Source: Pseudomonadota bacterium | Lineage (GTDB): Bacteria > Pseudomonadota > Gammaproteobacteria > Eutrophobiales > Eutrophobiaceae | DNA: 64,000 nt | Assembly: GCA_022574295.1 (NCBI GenBank) | Contig: JACZSJ010000001.1 | Span: forward strand, 786-64,785 | Reading direction: 5' to 3' | Shown: positions 10,921-20,935 of the stretch, piece by piece | Layout of the letters: every line of letters begins with the position of its first letter | How positions within the stretch are numbered: the first letter of the stretch is position 1 | The notes under the pieces: model-generated | Databases searched by the model: none | The model's input: the letters and a program-made list of their open reading frames with translations, nothing else | Told to the model about the DNA's origin: nothing | Translations under genes and position numbers: made by a program

Positions 10921-10947
10921 CCTGCGTAAAATTAAGTACGCAATATT
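10921..10947 (+). terminator. Hairpin after rpsO (terminator/attenuator candidate)
   Basis: CTGCGTA-aaattaag-TACGCA stem-loop followed by an A/T-rich stretch. It lies in the rpsO-pnp intergenic region, where E. coli has a partial terminator and RNase III processing hairpins. Confidence 0.35.
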
Positions 10948-11085
10948 AGAACAAGCTTTGTTTACGCCAGATCCTATTAGCAACACAACATTTCATAAAA
11001 GACAGGGTTTCTATAATCAGCCTTGAACAAGAATCCCTGCAAATCATTTCTCAAATCATTTAAAAATTATTTTTAAGGTAAAAAT

Positions 11086-13185
11086 ATGAAAGCAGTCAGG
11101 AAAGAATTCCAGTTCGGTGATCACACAGTCGTATTGGAGACGGGGAAAATAGCTCGACAGGCCAGCTCAGTCATTGTCAGCATGGGAGACACCGTTGTCA
11201 TGGTCAACTGTGTCGCAAAGAAAGAGGCTGATCAAGGGCGTGATTTTTTTCCACTGACAGTAGATTATCAGGAACGTACCTATGCTGCTGGTAAAATACC
11301 GGGTGGTTTTTTCAAAAGAGAAGGTCGTCCGAGTGAAAAAGAAACCCTGACATGTCGTTTAATTGACCGTCCACTGAGACCATTATTTCCTAAAGGTTTT
11401 AGAAATGAGGTTCAAATTGTGGCCACAGTGATGTCACTGGATCCACAAATCAATGCGGATATCCCGGCATTGATTGGTGCCTCAGCTGCCGTCGCCTTGA
11501 CAGGGGCACCATTCAATGGCCCAGTAGGCGCTGCGCGGGTGGGTTATATCGATGGTAATTATGTCCTTAATCCCTCGTCGGATCAGTTGCTGGATTCAGC
11601 ACTCAATCTGGTTGTCGCAGGAACCAGTACCTCAGTATTAATGGTTGAGTCTGAGGCCAAACAATTATCAGAAGAGGTCATGCTGGGTGCAGTGATGTTT
11701 GGGCATGAGCAGTTTAAGGTCGCGATAGAAAATATTATAGCTCTGGCAGAAGAAGTTGGTGTCGTCGCCTGGGATTGGCAGCCAGAAGTAAAAGATCAGG
11801 CATTGGCTGATGAAGTGGCCAGTCGTTCAACAGACCTGTTACGTGAAGCCTATGCCATCACAGATAAAGTTAATCGTAAGGATCGCATCAGTGAGATTCG
11901 TAATGAAGTTGTAGAAGTGATGACCGAGGGCGAAGATCCGAAATGGTCAGCATCCGAAATCAATGATGAGATCAGTAATCTTGAAAGCCACATCGTTCGT
12001 AGCAGTATTCTAGCTGGTGAGAAGCGTATTGATGGGCGTGATACAAAAACCATCAGAACTATCAGTACAGAAGTTGGTATTTTGCCAAGAGCGCACGGTT
12101 CAGCATTATTCACACGTGGGGAAACCCAGGCGATTGTTGTCGCTACCCTGGGGACTGAACGTGATTCACAAATCATCGATGCGATAGAAGGTACTTACAA
12201 GGAGCCTTTCATGTTGCACTACAATTTCCCTCCCTACTGCGTCGGTGAAACGGGTCGTGTTGGCACACCAAAACGTCGTGAAATTGGGCATGGTCGTTTA
12301 GCAAAACGTGGCATCCTGGGCGTTATGCCAGATATGGATGAATACCCTTATTCCATTCGGGTAGTTTCAGAAATTACGGAATCAAATGGTTCAAGCTCTA
12401 TGGCCAGTGTCTGTGGGACGAGTCTTGCGTTAATGGATGCAGGTGTTCCGATTGAAGCGCCAGTTGCGGGTATTGCCATGGGACTGATTAAGGAAGATGA
12501 CAAGTTTGTCGTGCTTTCAGATATTCTCGGTGATGAAGATCATCTGGGTGATATGGACTTTAAAGTCGCGGGGACTGAAAAAGGTATCACTGCTTTGCAG
12601 ATGGATATTAAAATCGACGGTATCACCAGGGAAATTATGGAAATAGCATTGGCCCAGGCGAAAGAAGGCCGTATTCATATTCTCGGAGAAATGGCCAAAA
12701 CAATTTCCAGCTCCCGTGAGGAAATGTCTGAATTTGCACCCAGAATTACCGTCATCAAAATCCATCCTGACAAGATCCGTGATGTGATTGGTAAGGGTGG
12801 CACGACCATTCGCGCCATTACGGAGGAAACAGGTGCGACGATCAATATCGATGATGATGGAACGGTAAAGATTGCCGCCGTTGACAGAGCTGCCGGTGAG
12901 GCTGCATTACTCAGAATCGAACAGATAACTGCGGATATCGAAGTCGGTAAAATCTATGAAGGCAAAGTTGCCAAGCTAATGGATTTCGGTGCCTTCGTGA
13001 ATATCCTGCCGGGCAAAGATGGTTTGGTACATATATCGCAAATATGCGAAGAGCGCGTTGAGAATGTCAGTGATAAATTAAGAGAAGGTGAATTTGTCAA
13101 AGTCAAAGTACTTGAAATCGATAGACAAGGCCGCGTCCGCTTAAGTATGAAAGCAGTCAATGAGGCGGAAATACAAGAAGTCTGA
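11086..13185 (+). CDS. pnp: Polyribonucleotide nucleotidyltransferase (PNPase)
   Basis: 699 aa with two RNase PH domains, a KH domain and a C-terminal S1 domain. Confidence 0.95.
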   Translation: MKAVRKEFQFGDHTVVLETGKIARQASSVIVSMGDTVVMVNCVAKKEADQGRDFFPLTVDYQERTYAAGKIPGGFFKREGRPSEKETLTCRLIDRPLRPLFPKGFRNEVQIVATVMSLDPQINADIPALIGASAAVALTGAPFNGPVGAARVGYIDGNYVLNPSSDQLLDSALNLVVAGTSTSVLMVESEAKQLSEEVMLGAVMFGHEQFKVAIENIIALAEEVGVVAWDWQPEVKDQALADEVASRSTDLLREAYAITDKVNRKDRISEIRNEVVEVMTEGEDPKWSASEINDEISNLESHIVRSSILAGEKRIDGRDTKTIRTISTEVGILPRAHGSALFTRGETQAIVVATLGTERDSQIIDAIEGTYKEPFMLHYNFPPYCVGETGRVGTPKRREIGHGRLAKRGILGVMPDMDEYPYSIRVVSEITESNGSSSMASVCGTSLALMDAGVPIEAPVAGIAMGLIKEDDKFVVLSDILGDEDHLGDMDFKVAGTEKGITALQMDIKIDGITREIMEIALAQAKEGRIHILGEMAKTISSSREEMSEFAPRITVIKIHPDKIRDVIGKGGTTIRAITEETGATINIDDDGTVKIAAVDRAAGEAALLRIEQITADIEVGKIYEGKVAKLMDFGAFVNILPGKDGLVHISQICEERVENVSDKLREGEFVKVKVLEIDRQGRVRLSMKAVNEAEIQEV

Positions 13186-13207
13186 TTGTTAAATCAAGTA
13201 TCGACAA

Positions 13208-13240
13208 AAAAAGGGCTATTTGGCCCTTTTTTTGTATCTG
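13208..13240 (+). terminator. Rho-independent terminator after pnp
   Basis: AAAAAGGGC-tatttg-GCCCTTTTTTT hairpin with a T-tract. Confidence 0.7.
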
Positions 13241-13314
13241 CAAATCAGATAGTGGTTTGAATGTTAACCCGTTCTTCGCTTAATACCGTTAGTACCAGAT
13301 AGAACAGATGTTAT

Positions 13315-13389
13315 ATACCCAAACTACTTGGAAATGCTGAATGCTGAATGCTGAACTCTGAATCCTGCACCTCCAAGTAGTTTGGGTAT
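13315..13389. promoter_or_regulatory. Perfect 18-bp inverted repeat enclosing (GCTGAAT)x3, immediately 5' of the ECF sigma gene
   Basis: ATACCCAAACTACTTGGA (13315-13332) is the exact reverse complement of TCCAAGTAGTTTGGGTAT (13372-13389). The 39-nt loop contains GCTGAAT three times. Confidence 0.6.
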
Positions 13390-13402
13390 AGACTTCATTG
13401 CT

Positions 13403-13963
13403 ATGATGGGAGATGCCAGCGATGAAGAATTGATGCTTAGCTACCAGCAGGGTAACGCAACCGCATTTGAGGTTCTGTATGAACGACACAAAGGGGGCGT
13501 ATTTCGTTATTTGCTGGCTAAATGCCATCAGCAAGCGATTGCTGAAGAACTATTTCAGGATGTCTGGATGAAGCTGATTGCCGCACGTGACAGATATGAA
13601 GTACGGGCTAAATTTACCACTTACCTTTATCAACTCGCACACAATCATTTCATTGATTATTACCGAAAGACGCGCATCGATGTATTCCAACAAAAAAATC
13701 CGGAGGAGGATGTTGAGCAAATAACATCAAATGATCAGAAGCAACCAGATGAGCAACTGGAGATACAGCAGCAAATAGAAACGCTCTCGGAGTTAGTTGA
13801 CGGTTTGCCCGATGAACAGCGAGAAGCTTTTATGTTAAGGGAAGAGGCAGGGTTAACGGTGGCCGAAATTGCAGAAGTGACAGGAGTCAATGCAGAAGCG
13901 GCCAAGAGTCGATTGCGATATGCAGTGAAAAAATTACGCGCGGGTTTGAAAAAGAATGGCTAA
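13403..13963 (+). CDS. ECF-family RNA polymerase sigma factor
   Basis: Sigma-70 region 2 (FEVLYERHKGGVFRYLL..ELFQDVWMKL) and region 4 (LPDEQREAFMLREEAGLTVAEIA). Start taken at an ATG downstream of the ORF-track start. Confidence 0.8.
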   Translation: MMGDASDEELMLSYQQGNATAFEVLYERHKGGVFRYLLAKCHQQAIAEELFQDVWMKLIAARDRYEVRAKFTTYLYQLAHNHFIDYYRKTRIDVFQQKNPEEDVEQITSNDQKQPDEQLEIQQQIETLSELVDGLPDEQREAFMLREEAGLTVAEIAEVTGVNAEAAKSRLRYAVKKLRAGLKKNG

Positions 13964-15047
13964 GAAACCGGAAGACAACAAACAAGACGATCAGATATTT
14001 GAAGATTATCTACAGGGTGGTTCCTCTCTGTCCGGGGTTTATCGCGCTGAAGGAAAAGTACGACCACCAGCACATCTCGATAAAGCCATTCTCTCAGCGG
14101 CAAATGAGGCCGTCAAACCAGAACAAATCTCAAAGGTGGCATACAGTCCTTTTGCCAGGAACTGGTATGTGCCGGCATCGATGGCGGCCGTATTGATGTT
14201 ATGTGTTGGTCTGGTATTTACCATCTACAAGGACAGCGGACATATATTATTAACGCCACCGAAAAGTGAATATGATATTGATGCCCAGGTAGCACCGATG
14301 AAATTTGATGAATCAGGAGAAAAAAATAGACAAGATAAATACGTAGAAGAAATCGCTAAGGAAGCTGAAATGCCTGTGCATGTGATATCGGAAGAAAACA
14401 AACCTGCCGCTTCATCAATAGAAGCATTCGATATGGAAGAATCAGATTTTCAGCAGAGGCCTGCGAGCAGGATGCTCCTGCGAGAAAAAGTGACAGAAAT
14501 GGATGATGCCCTGCTGCCAGAAACAGTCGATGAAATGGTTCCAGGAAAAGATGTATCAGATCAGACCATGCGTGACTCCCTTTACAGCCCTGAGAGACTG
14601 GATGATTCAGGCCGCCGGGAAGCAGCGAAAACTAAGAAACAAAAACAATTGGATGTGGGCGATCTGGATAACAAATTAGGTGAAATGGAGTTGAAAACCA
14701 TTGAACAGGGGATAGGGGTAAATTCAGATCAGGAGATGCGTTACAGACAGACAATGGATGATCTGCAAAGACGAAATGAATCATTGAAAGAAGAATCATT
14801 TAAGAAAGAGATTCTTGACGATGATCAGGCCACTGCAGGATTTGCTGAGCAGGAAAAAGCGATAGGTGATGAAATGATGACACCGGAGCAATGGCTGAAA
14901 CAGATTAATAATTTATGGGTATCAGGGGAACACCAGGCCGCCGAAGAAAACCTTAAACAATTTTTTGAAGTCTATCCGGATTACTCAATTGAAAACATAA
15001 AAACCATTCTAGATCCGCAGATAGATCTGATGCAATACATAAGATAG
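13956..15047 (+). CDS. Putative membrane-anchored anti-sigma factor
   Basis: Its start overlaps the sigma gene stop by 8 nt. It has a short cytoplasmic N-terminus, one TM segment (AAVLMLCVGLVFTIY) and a long acidic extracytoplasmic region. Assigned by context only. Confidence 0.45.
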   Translation: MAKKPEDNKQDDQIFEDYLQGGSSLSGVYRAEGKVRPPAHLDKAILSAANEAVKPEQISKVAYSPFARNWYVPASMAAVLMLCVGLVFTIYKDSGHILLTPPKSEYDIDAQVAPMKFDESGEKNRQDKYVEEIAKEAEMPVHVISEENKPAASSIEAFDMEESDFQQRPASRMLLREKVTEMDDALLPETVDEMVPGKDVSDQTMRDSLYSPERLDDSGRREAAKTKKQKQLDVGDLDNKLGEMELKTIEQGIGVNSDQEMRYRQTMDDLQRRNESLKEESFKKEILDDDQATAGFAEQEKAIGDEMMTPEQWLKQINNLWVSGEHQAAEENLKQFFEVYPDYSIENIKTILDPQIDLMQYIR

Positions 15048-15092
15048 TTTCTAGCCATCGGGTATGCAAGGAGTTGATTTGAAAGCTGGCAT

Positions 15093-15668
15093 TTAGACAA
15101 CAATCACGCGTTTTTCAGTTACAATTTTATCCATCAGTACGTCATTATCTTCAACAGGTATTTCATCGACCAACTGTGCTTCAAAGGCAAGGGCAATCTT
15201 GTGCTTTACTTTGTTTTGCACAAACCATTTGTCGTAATAGCCCCGACCAAATCCCATACGGTGGCCTGTCAGGGTAAATCCAAGTCCGGGGGTGATGGAG
15301 ACATCGAAAGGCCCATCACAAGGCGTAGAATTGGCGGGGGCCAATATTCCCATTTCTCCAGGCACCAAATCTTCCCAACTCAAGAAGGTTTCTGCCTGCA
15401 TATAATTAGAATTGACTATTTTGGGTACCGCCAGGATTTTGCCGGCATCCAGTAAGGCCCTGATGAGTGCATGAGTATGGACTTCACTGACGTAGGAAAT
15501 ATAGACAAAGATTAGCCTGGCGTCCCTGATTTCATCAAGCCTAAGTACTTGTTCTGTAATAGAATTAGCATAGCCCATGCGGGTGGCTTCAGGGATGCTT
15601 GCACGTGCTGATTTGAGCATTTTTCGGGTTTCTGACTTGCGTTGACTGACTTTGCTATTTTGTTGCAT
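15093..15668 (-). CDS. 5-formyltetrahydrofolate cyclo-ligase
   Basis: 191 aa with the family's GxGxGYYD motif (GFGRGYYDKW). Confidence 0.75.
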   Translation of the reverse strand: MQQNSKVSQRKSETRKMLKSARASIPEATRMGYANSITEQVLRLDEIRDARLIFVYISYVSEVHTHALIRALLDAGKILAVPKIVNSNYMQAETFLSWEDLVPGEMGILAPANSTPCDGPFDVSITPGLGFTLTGHRMGFGRGYYDKWFVQNKVKHKIALAFEAQLVDEIPVEDNDVLMDKIVTEKRVIVV

Positions 15669-15795
15669 GAATTAGGTGTCCGTAATGCGCTGAAATACTT
15701 TATTTTTCATTAATATGCCGTACAATACCGCCTTTTTTCAGGGCAGGATTATTTTCCTGCAAGATTGTAACAGGCAACTAAAAAGAGGTTAATGA

Positions 15796-16041
15796 ATGGT
15801 TACCATTCGATTATCACGTACCGGGGCAAAGAAAAAGCCCTTCTATCATATTGTCGTCGCAGACAGTCGCAATAAACGCGATGGTCGCTATATTGAGCGT
15901 GTTGGTTTTTATAATCCTGGCGCGCAAGGTAAGGAAGAGACTTTAAGATTGGATGGTGGTCGTGTAGAACATTGGCAAAGCCTTGGTGCACAAGTATCAG
16001 ATCGTGTTGCCAAGCTGATCAAACTTAACGCGAGCGCCTGA
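15796..16041 (+). CDS. rpsP: 30S ribosomal protein S16
   Basis: 81 aa starting [21 protein letters not shown]. rpsP-rimM-trmD-rplS operon. Confidence 0.9.
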   Translation: MVTIRLSRTGAKKKPFYHIVVADSRNKRDGRYIERVGFYNPGAQGKEETLRLDGGRVEHWQSLGAQVSDRVAKLIKLNASA

Positions 16042-16124
16042 TTTATTCTCTGAATTATTATTAAATCCTGCGTTATATTATATTAGTATGACGGGGTTCG
16101 TAATTTTTAAGAAAGACTGCATGG

Positions 16125-16646
16125 GTGGCGAGTATGCAGGATGAACCAGGTTTCATTGTTATCGGAAAGCTTGTTGGTGTTTACGGCATTAAAGGCTGGT
16201 TCAAGATTTTGTCATTCACTCGACCAAGAGAAAATATATTTACATACAGTCCCTGGTTAATTAAACAAAACGGGGATTGGCAGGGAATGCAATTGTCGGA
16301 AGGCAAACCTCAAGGTAAGGGGTTGATTGCTTCTATAGCGGAGATTACCGACAGGGATGAGGCGATGGCTCTTGTTGGTTCAGAGATAGCGATTAATCGG
16401 GATCAGCTGGCAGAGCCCAAAGCCGGTGAGTACTACTGGCATGATCTGATTAATCTGCAAGTCATTAACGCACAGAATGAAATACTTGGTGTTGTCACGG
16501 AACTCCTCGAAACTGGTGCAAATGATGTGCTGGTTGTCAAAGCTGACAAGCAGCGGTATTTGATACCCTATGTGAAAGATGTCTATATCAAGGATGTCGA
16601 TCTTGAACAAGGTATCATGCAGGTTGATTGGCAATCTGATTATTGA
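16125..16646 (+). CDS. rimM: Ribosome maturation factor RimM
   Basis: 173 aa with the RimM fold motifs, in its operon position. Confidence 0.85.
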   Translation: MASMQDEPGFIVIGKLVGVYGIKGWFKILSFTRPRENIFTYSPWLIKQNGDWQGMQLSEGKPQGKGLIASIAEITDRDEAMALVGSEIAINRDQLAEPKAGEYYWHDLINLQVINAQNEILGVVTELLETGANDVLVVKADKQRYLIPYVKDVYIKDVDLEQGIMQVDWQSDY

Positions 16647-16698
16647 TGGTCGTTGATGATCGATGATGGGCCAGAATGATAAATCATGGGCTGCTTGA

Positions 16699-17469
16699 AT
16701 GTTACAGATTGAAGTAATCACTCTATTTCCGGAGATGGTGAATACCGTCACTGAATATGGGGTTATCAGTCGGGCAGTGGAGCGGGGTTTGCTCAGGGTG
16801 CAAACCTGGAATCCGAGGGATTATACGAATGATAATCATCGGACCGTGGATGACCGGCCCTATGGGGGTGGTCCAGGCATGGTCATGATGGCTGAGCCAT
16901 TATGTGCAGCGATTACAGATGCACGTGGTTCGGGAAGTGCCCCACACGTGATCCATCTGAGTCCGCAAGGCAGGAAACTGGATCAGAAAGGCGTGATGGA
17001 ACTGGCGCAGCGACAGCATCTGATTTTGATTGCTGGACGTTACGAAGGGATCGATGAACGTGTTATTGATAAGGAAGTTGATGAAGAATGGTCTATCGGT
17101 GACTATGTTCTGAGTGGCGGGGAACTGGCCGCGATGGTACTGATTGATGTACTGACCCGAACATTGCCGGGTGTGTTGGGTCACGAAGATTCGGCAAGTG
17201 AAGATTCATTTTTTAATGGCTTGCTTGATTATCCTCACTATACAAGGCCAGAAAAAATTGGATCAGAAAGGAGTGGCGCTGAACAAAGTGATGGGCAGCA
17301 AGTCCCGGATGTATTGCTGAGTGGAAACCATGAAGAGATCAGGCGTTGGCGTTTGCAACAGGCTCTGGGTCGTACATGGCTAAGAAGACCGGACATGTTG
17401 AACGATTTGCAGTTGGACGATGAGCAACAGGGATTGCTGGAAGAATTTAAAAAACAGAATTTGAAATAA
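16699..17469 (+). CDS. trmD: tRNA (guanine37-N1)-methyltransferase TrmD
   Basis: 256 aa with TrmD motifs ([24 protein letters not shown]). Confidence 0.9.
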   Translation: MLQIEVITLFPEMVNTVTEYGVISRAVERGLLRVQTWNPRDYTNDNHRTVDDRPYGGGPGMVMMAEPLCAAITDARGSGSAPHVIHLSPQGRKLDQKGVMELAQRQHLILIAGRYEGIDERVIDKEVDEEWSIGDYVLSGGELAAMVLIDVLTRTLPGVLGHEDSASEDSFFNGLLDYPHYTRPEKIGSERSGAEQSDGQQVPDVLLSGNHEEIRRWRLQQALGRTWLRRPDMLNDLQLDDEQQGLLEEFKKQNLK

Positions 17470-17494
17470 AAGATATTTAAGTGGAGTTAGTAAA

Positions 17495-17848
17495 ATGAGC
17501 AATATTATAGAACAGCTTGAGGCAGAACAAATGACACGAGAAATACCGGATTTTGCTCCGGGTGATACGGTCATTGTTCAGGTCAAGGTGAAAGAAGGGC
17601 AGAGAGAACGTCTGCAGGCATTTGAAGGTGTTGTGATCGCGAAGAAAAATCGTGGCCTGAATTCAGCCTTTACTGTTCGTAAAATTTCTCATGGAGAAGG
17701 TGTCGAACGTGTCTTCCAGACATACAGCCATGCGATTGCAAAAATCGAAGTAAAACGTCGTGGTGCTGTTCGACGTGCCAAATTGTATTACATGCGTGAG
17801 CGCACGGGTAAGGCAGCCAGGATTAAAGAAAAAATCAAATCTAGCTAA
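17495..17848 (+). CDS. rplS: 50S ribosomal protein L19
   Basis: 117-aa L19. Confidence 0.9.
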   Translation: MSNIIEQLEAEQMTREIPDFAPGDTVIVQVKVKEGQRERLQAFEGVVIAKKNRGLNSAFTVRKISHGEGVERVFQTYSHAIAKIEVKRRGAVRRAKLYYMRERTGKAARIKEKIKSS

Positions 17849-17874
17849 GCTTTATTTGTATCGTATCTTTGGAA

Positions 17875-17901
17875 AGGCCTGCTCTGCAGGCCTTTTTTTA
17901 T
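17875..17901 (+). terminator. Rho-independent terminator after rplS
   Basis: AGGCCTGCTCTGCAGGCCT hairpin followed by TTTTTTTA. Confidence 0.75.
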
Positions 17902-18062
17902 GTACAGGATGTACGGTCGGAAAAGGCTCCTGCAATTCCGACATTTCCGCCATCCATGGCGGTCGTATGCCGCGGCTGCATGGACGACATACAGGAAGTA
18001 TTAGTGTCGCGAGAGGACAGGAGTCCGTAGCGACTGCAGAGGAGCGGCAATGTAATAGAATA
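17894..18062 (+). repeat. Intergenic repeat element, copy B (between rplS and the convergent aldo-keto reductase gene)
   Basis: Shares the same two modules as copy A. Its central module is a different perfect palindrome, CCGCCATCCATGGCGG. Confidence 0.7.
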
Positions 18063-18099
18063 AAAAAGACAATACTATCTACACGGAGTAAGGGATAGG

Positions 18100-19092
18100 T
18101 TATCTCGTACTACAGTTATGTTCCGTTACTTCTTCGTTACGATCGGTGGCTGGTGGAGGGGTAGGTGAAAGCGCTGAAATCTCTGCCCGTAGTTCTTCCG
18201 TCATGCTGATTTCTACGGATTTAAGCGAGTCTTCAAGCTGTATCAAATTACGTGCTCCGATGATGGGTGCAGTGACTGCAGGGTGGCTACTGACCCAGGC
18301 GACTGCCAGTGACGCTGCGCTGTAACCACGCTCTTTGGCAAAATCTGAAAATCTCTCCGCAACTTGAAAATCTGTTTTCGCTCCGTAGCGAACCTGGTAA
18401 GTTTTGTTCTCCATCAAACGTCCGCTTTCAGGTCGCTTATTAATACCATATTTCCCTGTAAGTAAACCGCCACCCAACGGGCTGTATGGCATAACCGCCA
18501 GACCTTCAGCAGCGGCCATGGGCAAAATTTCAACTTCTGCCTGACGCTTAACAAGATTATACATTGGCTGTATACAGCGAAATTTCGGCAAGTCATTTTT
18601 AGCAGAGATACCCAACGCCTTCATGACTTGCCATGCTGCGAAATTACTTGCGGCTGGATACCTTATTTTACCTTGTTGTACCAATGTATCGAGGGCACCG
18701 AGAGTGTCTGCCAAATCTGCGTATTCATCGAATTTATGAATATAAAATACATCAATATAGTCTGTTTTAAGACGCTTTAGACTTTCTTCGACTGCAGAAA
18801 GTACGTGTTGCCGTGTGGCCCCTCGAGCATTGATATCTTCACTCATTGGATAATAGGCTTTACTGGTAATAATAATTTCATTTCTGCATGAAGAAATCAG
18901 TTTGCCAAGTATTTCTTCAGCTTTGCCTTTCGAATAGACATTGGCGCAATCGAAGAAATTGATCCCGGCATCACGGCAGTGATTGAACATTTGTTTAGAC
19001 ATCTGCTCATCTGCGTCGCCACCAAAGGACATAGTCCCGAAGCATAATTGCGATACGCGTTCGCCTGTGTTGCCGAGTAATTTATATTCCAT
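18100..19092 (-). CDS. Aldo/keto reductase (Tas/YajO-like NADP-dependent oxidoreductase)
   Basis: N-terminal MEYKLLGNTGERVSQLCFGTM and typical AKR length. Start taken at the internal Met. Confidence 0.75.
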   Translation of the reverse strand: MEYKLLGNTGERVSQLCFGTMSFGGDADEQMSKQMFNHCRDAGINFFDCANVYSKGKAEEILGKLISSCRNEIIITSKAYYPMSEDINARGATRQHVLSAVEESLKRLKTDYIDVFYIHKFDEYADLADTLGALDTLVQQGKIRYPAASNFAAWQVMKALGISAKNDLPKFRCIQPMYNLVKRQAEVEILPMAAAEGLAVMPYSPLGGGLLTGKYGINKRPESGRLMENKTYQVRYGAKTDFQVAERFSDFAKERGYSAASLAVAWVSSHPAVTAPIIGARNLIQLEDSLKSVEISMTEELRAEISALSPTPPPATDRNEEVTEHNCSTR

Positions 19093-19421
19093 GACATAAT
19101 TCCTTATATCCACTTTGGGTCGTTTGTTGCTCCTAGTTGCATATATCTGAACGTCCGTATATGGACTCCTTCTCAACAGGGCAACGCACATTTTAATCTT
19201 ATAGCAAAAAGATGGAGTGTTGAATATGACTTACAGAACTCGAATAAAATAGTCAGCTGAACACGACTGCATGGATGCAGGACGACTTCAAGGATGGAGG
19301 AGGTAGAGAATGTCTGGAACACATTCTCGAGGCAGAACGAATCAGGAGACAGAGTCGAGAAAGATGAGATGTGGGCCAGTTATTCTTATCCCTTCAGAGG
19401 AAGAGTGCGGTATCATTGTTT

Positions 19422-19919
19422 GATATGGCGCAGTCCACAGCAAAATATAATTTTTTGTATGAATCCCCCACAGGACAATTAAGTGTGTGTATTGATGAGG
19501 GAAGCATCACCAAAATCATCTGGCTGGATCAGGCCATACTGGCAACAACAGAAACATCTCCATCAAAGTTAATTAATAAGAAGCTGAAAAGAAAGATTAT
19601 CTCGGTTTTGGATGATTACTTTGAATCAGGTTTAATCGAACCTGAAATTTCTCTGCGTCCACAGGGAACACTCTTTCAGAAAAAGGTCTGGCAAGCGCTA
19701 AAAAGAATCCCATCAGGGGCCGTTAAAACCTACGGTGATGTCGCAAAAGAATTGCACAGCAGTAGTCGTGCAGTGGGCCAGGCTTGTCGCAGGAACAACA
19801 TTCCACTTTTTATTCCTTGTCATAGGGTCGTTGCCGCAAAAGGCCTCGGTGGTTTTATGGGCGGTTACCGGCATGTAGAACGAAAACGATGGCTGTTGCA
19901 GCATGAAGGCATCCTCTGA
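19422..19919 (+). CDS. ogt: Methylated-DNA--protein-cysteine methyltransferase
   Basis: Active-site motif IPCHRVV and about 166 aa counted from the internal Met. Confidence 0.8.
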   Translation, partial: DMAQSTAKYNFLYESPTGQLSVCIDEGSITKIIWLDQAILATTETSPSKLINKKLKRKIISVLDDYFESGLIEPEISLRPQGTLFQKKVWQALKRIPSGAVKTYGDVAKELHSSSRAVGQACRRNNIPLFIPCHRVVAAKGLGGFMGGYRHVERKRWLLQHEGIL

Positions 19920-19947
19920 GTCGATCAGCCCAACTTTGACGAATTCA

Positions 19948-20823
19948 ATGGATCATATTGATCGTTTTCTAGATGTACTCTGGATGGAACGAGGTGTTAG
20001 CGATAATACCCTGATGGCCTACCGAAGTGACCTGCAAAAATATGCCCTCTGGCTGGATAAAAACGACTGCGAGATGACAGCAGCACAGGAAGGTCATGTA
20101 AGAAGCTATTTGTCTAGCATGAAAGGAAGATCGGCAAGAACGATGGCGCGGCATCTTTCAAGTCTAAGGAGTTTGTATGGTTATTTGGTGCGCGAGGGGA
20201 TAATGAAACATGACCCTGGTGCTCGGGTGGAGGCGCCAAGATTAGGCAGACAGTTACCAAAATTCCTGACAGAAGCCGAAGTAGAGGCATTGCTCAATGC
20301 GCCAGATACAGACAATTCACTTGGTTTGCGAGATAGAGCAATGTTGGAAGTTCTTTATGCAACCGGCCTGCGTGTATCAGAGTTAGTCGGACTTCAATCT
20401 GGACAAGTTAATCTACGACAGGGGGTTGTCCGTGTTTTGGGAAAAGGCAATAAGGAAAGGCTCGTGCCCCTGGGTGAAGAATCAATCGAATGGTTGACTC
20501 GTTATCAAGACAGCGCAAGGAAGGAACTGTTAGGGAAAAATATCAGCGATGCATTATTTCCAACAAGACGTGGGTCGGCCATGTCACGACAGGCATTTTG
20601 GTATTTGATCAAGCGTTATGCTGTTGTCGCAGGCATTAATAAAACGATCTCCCCACACATATTAAGGCATGCCTTTGCGACACACTTGTTAAATCATGGT
20701 GCTGATCTGAGAGTTGTGCAGATGCTTTTGGGTCATAGTGATATTTCGACCACACAGATATACACACATATTGCCCAGGAACGTCTTAAAAACCTGCATG
20801 CAGAGCACCATCCGAGAGGTTGA
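19948..20823 (+). CDS. xerD: Tyrosine recombinase XerD (chromosome dimer resolution)
   Basis: The N-terminus aligns with XerD (FLDVLWMERGVSDNTL). The catalytic region has R..HxLRHAFAT..LLGHSDISTTQIYTH. Start taken at the internal Met to match XerD length. Conserved xerD-dsbC neighbourhood. Confidence 0.85.
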   Translation: MDHIDRFLDVLWMERGVSDNTLMAYRSDLQKYALWLDKNDCEMTAAQEGHVRSYLSSMKGRSARTMARHLSSLRSLYGYLVREGIMKHDPGARVEAPRLGRQLPKFLTEAEVEALLNAPDTDNSLGLRDRAMLEVLYATGLRVSELVGLQSGQVNLRQGVVRVLGKGNKERLVPLGEESIEWLTRYQDSARKELLGKNISDALFPTRRGSAMSRQAFWYLIKRYAVVAGINKTISPHILRHAFATHLLNHGADLRVVQMLLGHSDISTTQIYTHIAQERLKNLHAEHHPRG

Positions 20824-20935
20824 TTTACGGGAACCTCTATTAATTGTCTTTATCCTGCGATTGCGGCGTTAGCTCCGTACTCACAAAAACGCCGGCCACG
20901 CAAAAATCCTAATGAATAGAAGTCCCCTTAGAAGC

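Noticed and set aside
17760-18098. 112-aa plus-strand ORF overlapping the rplS 3' end and repeat element B
   Set aside because: It spans a terminator and a non-coding repeat, has no RBS and a Cys/Gly-rich random-like translation.
19903-20823. xerD as a mobile-element integrase with an att site
   Set aside because: The sequence matches housekeeping XerD in both N-terminus and catalytic motifs. It sits in the conserved ogt/xerD/dsbC context with no flanking direct repeats, phage genes or tRNA target, so it was treated as chromosomal dimer resolution.
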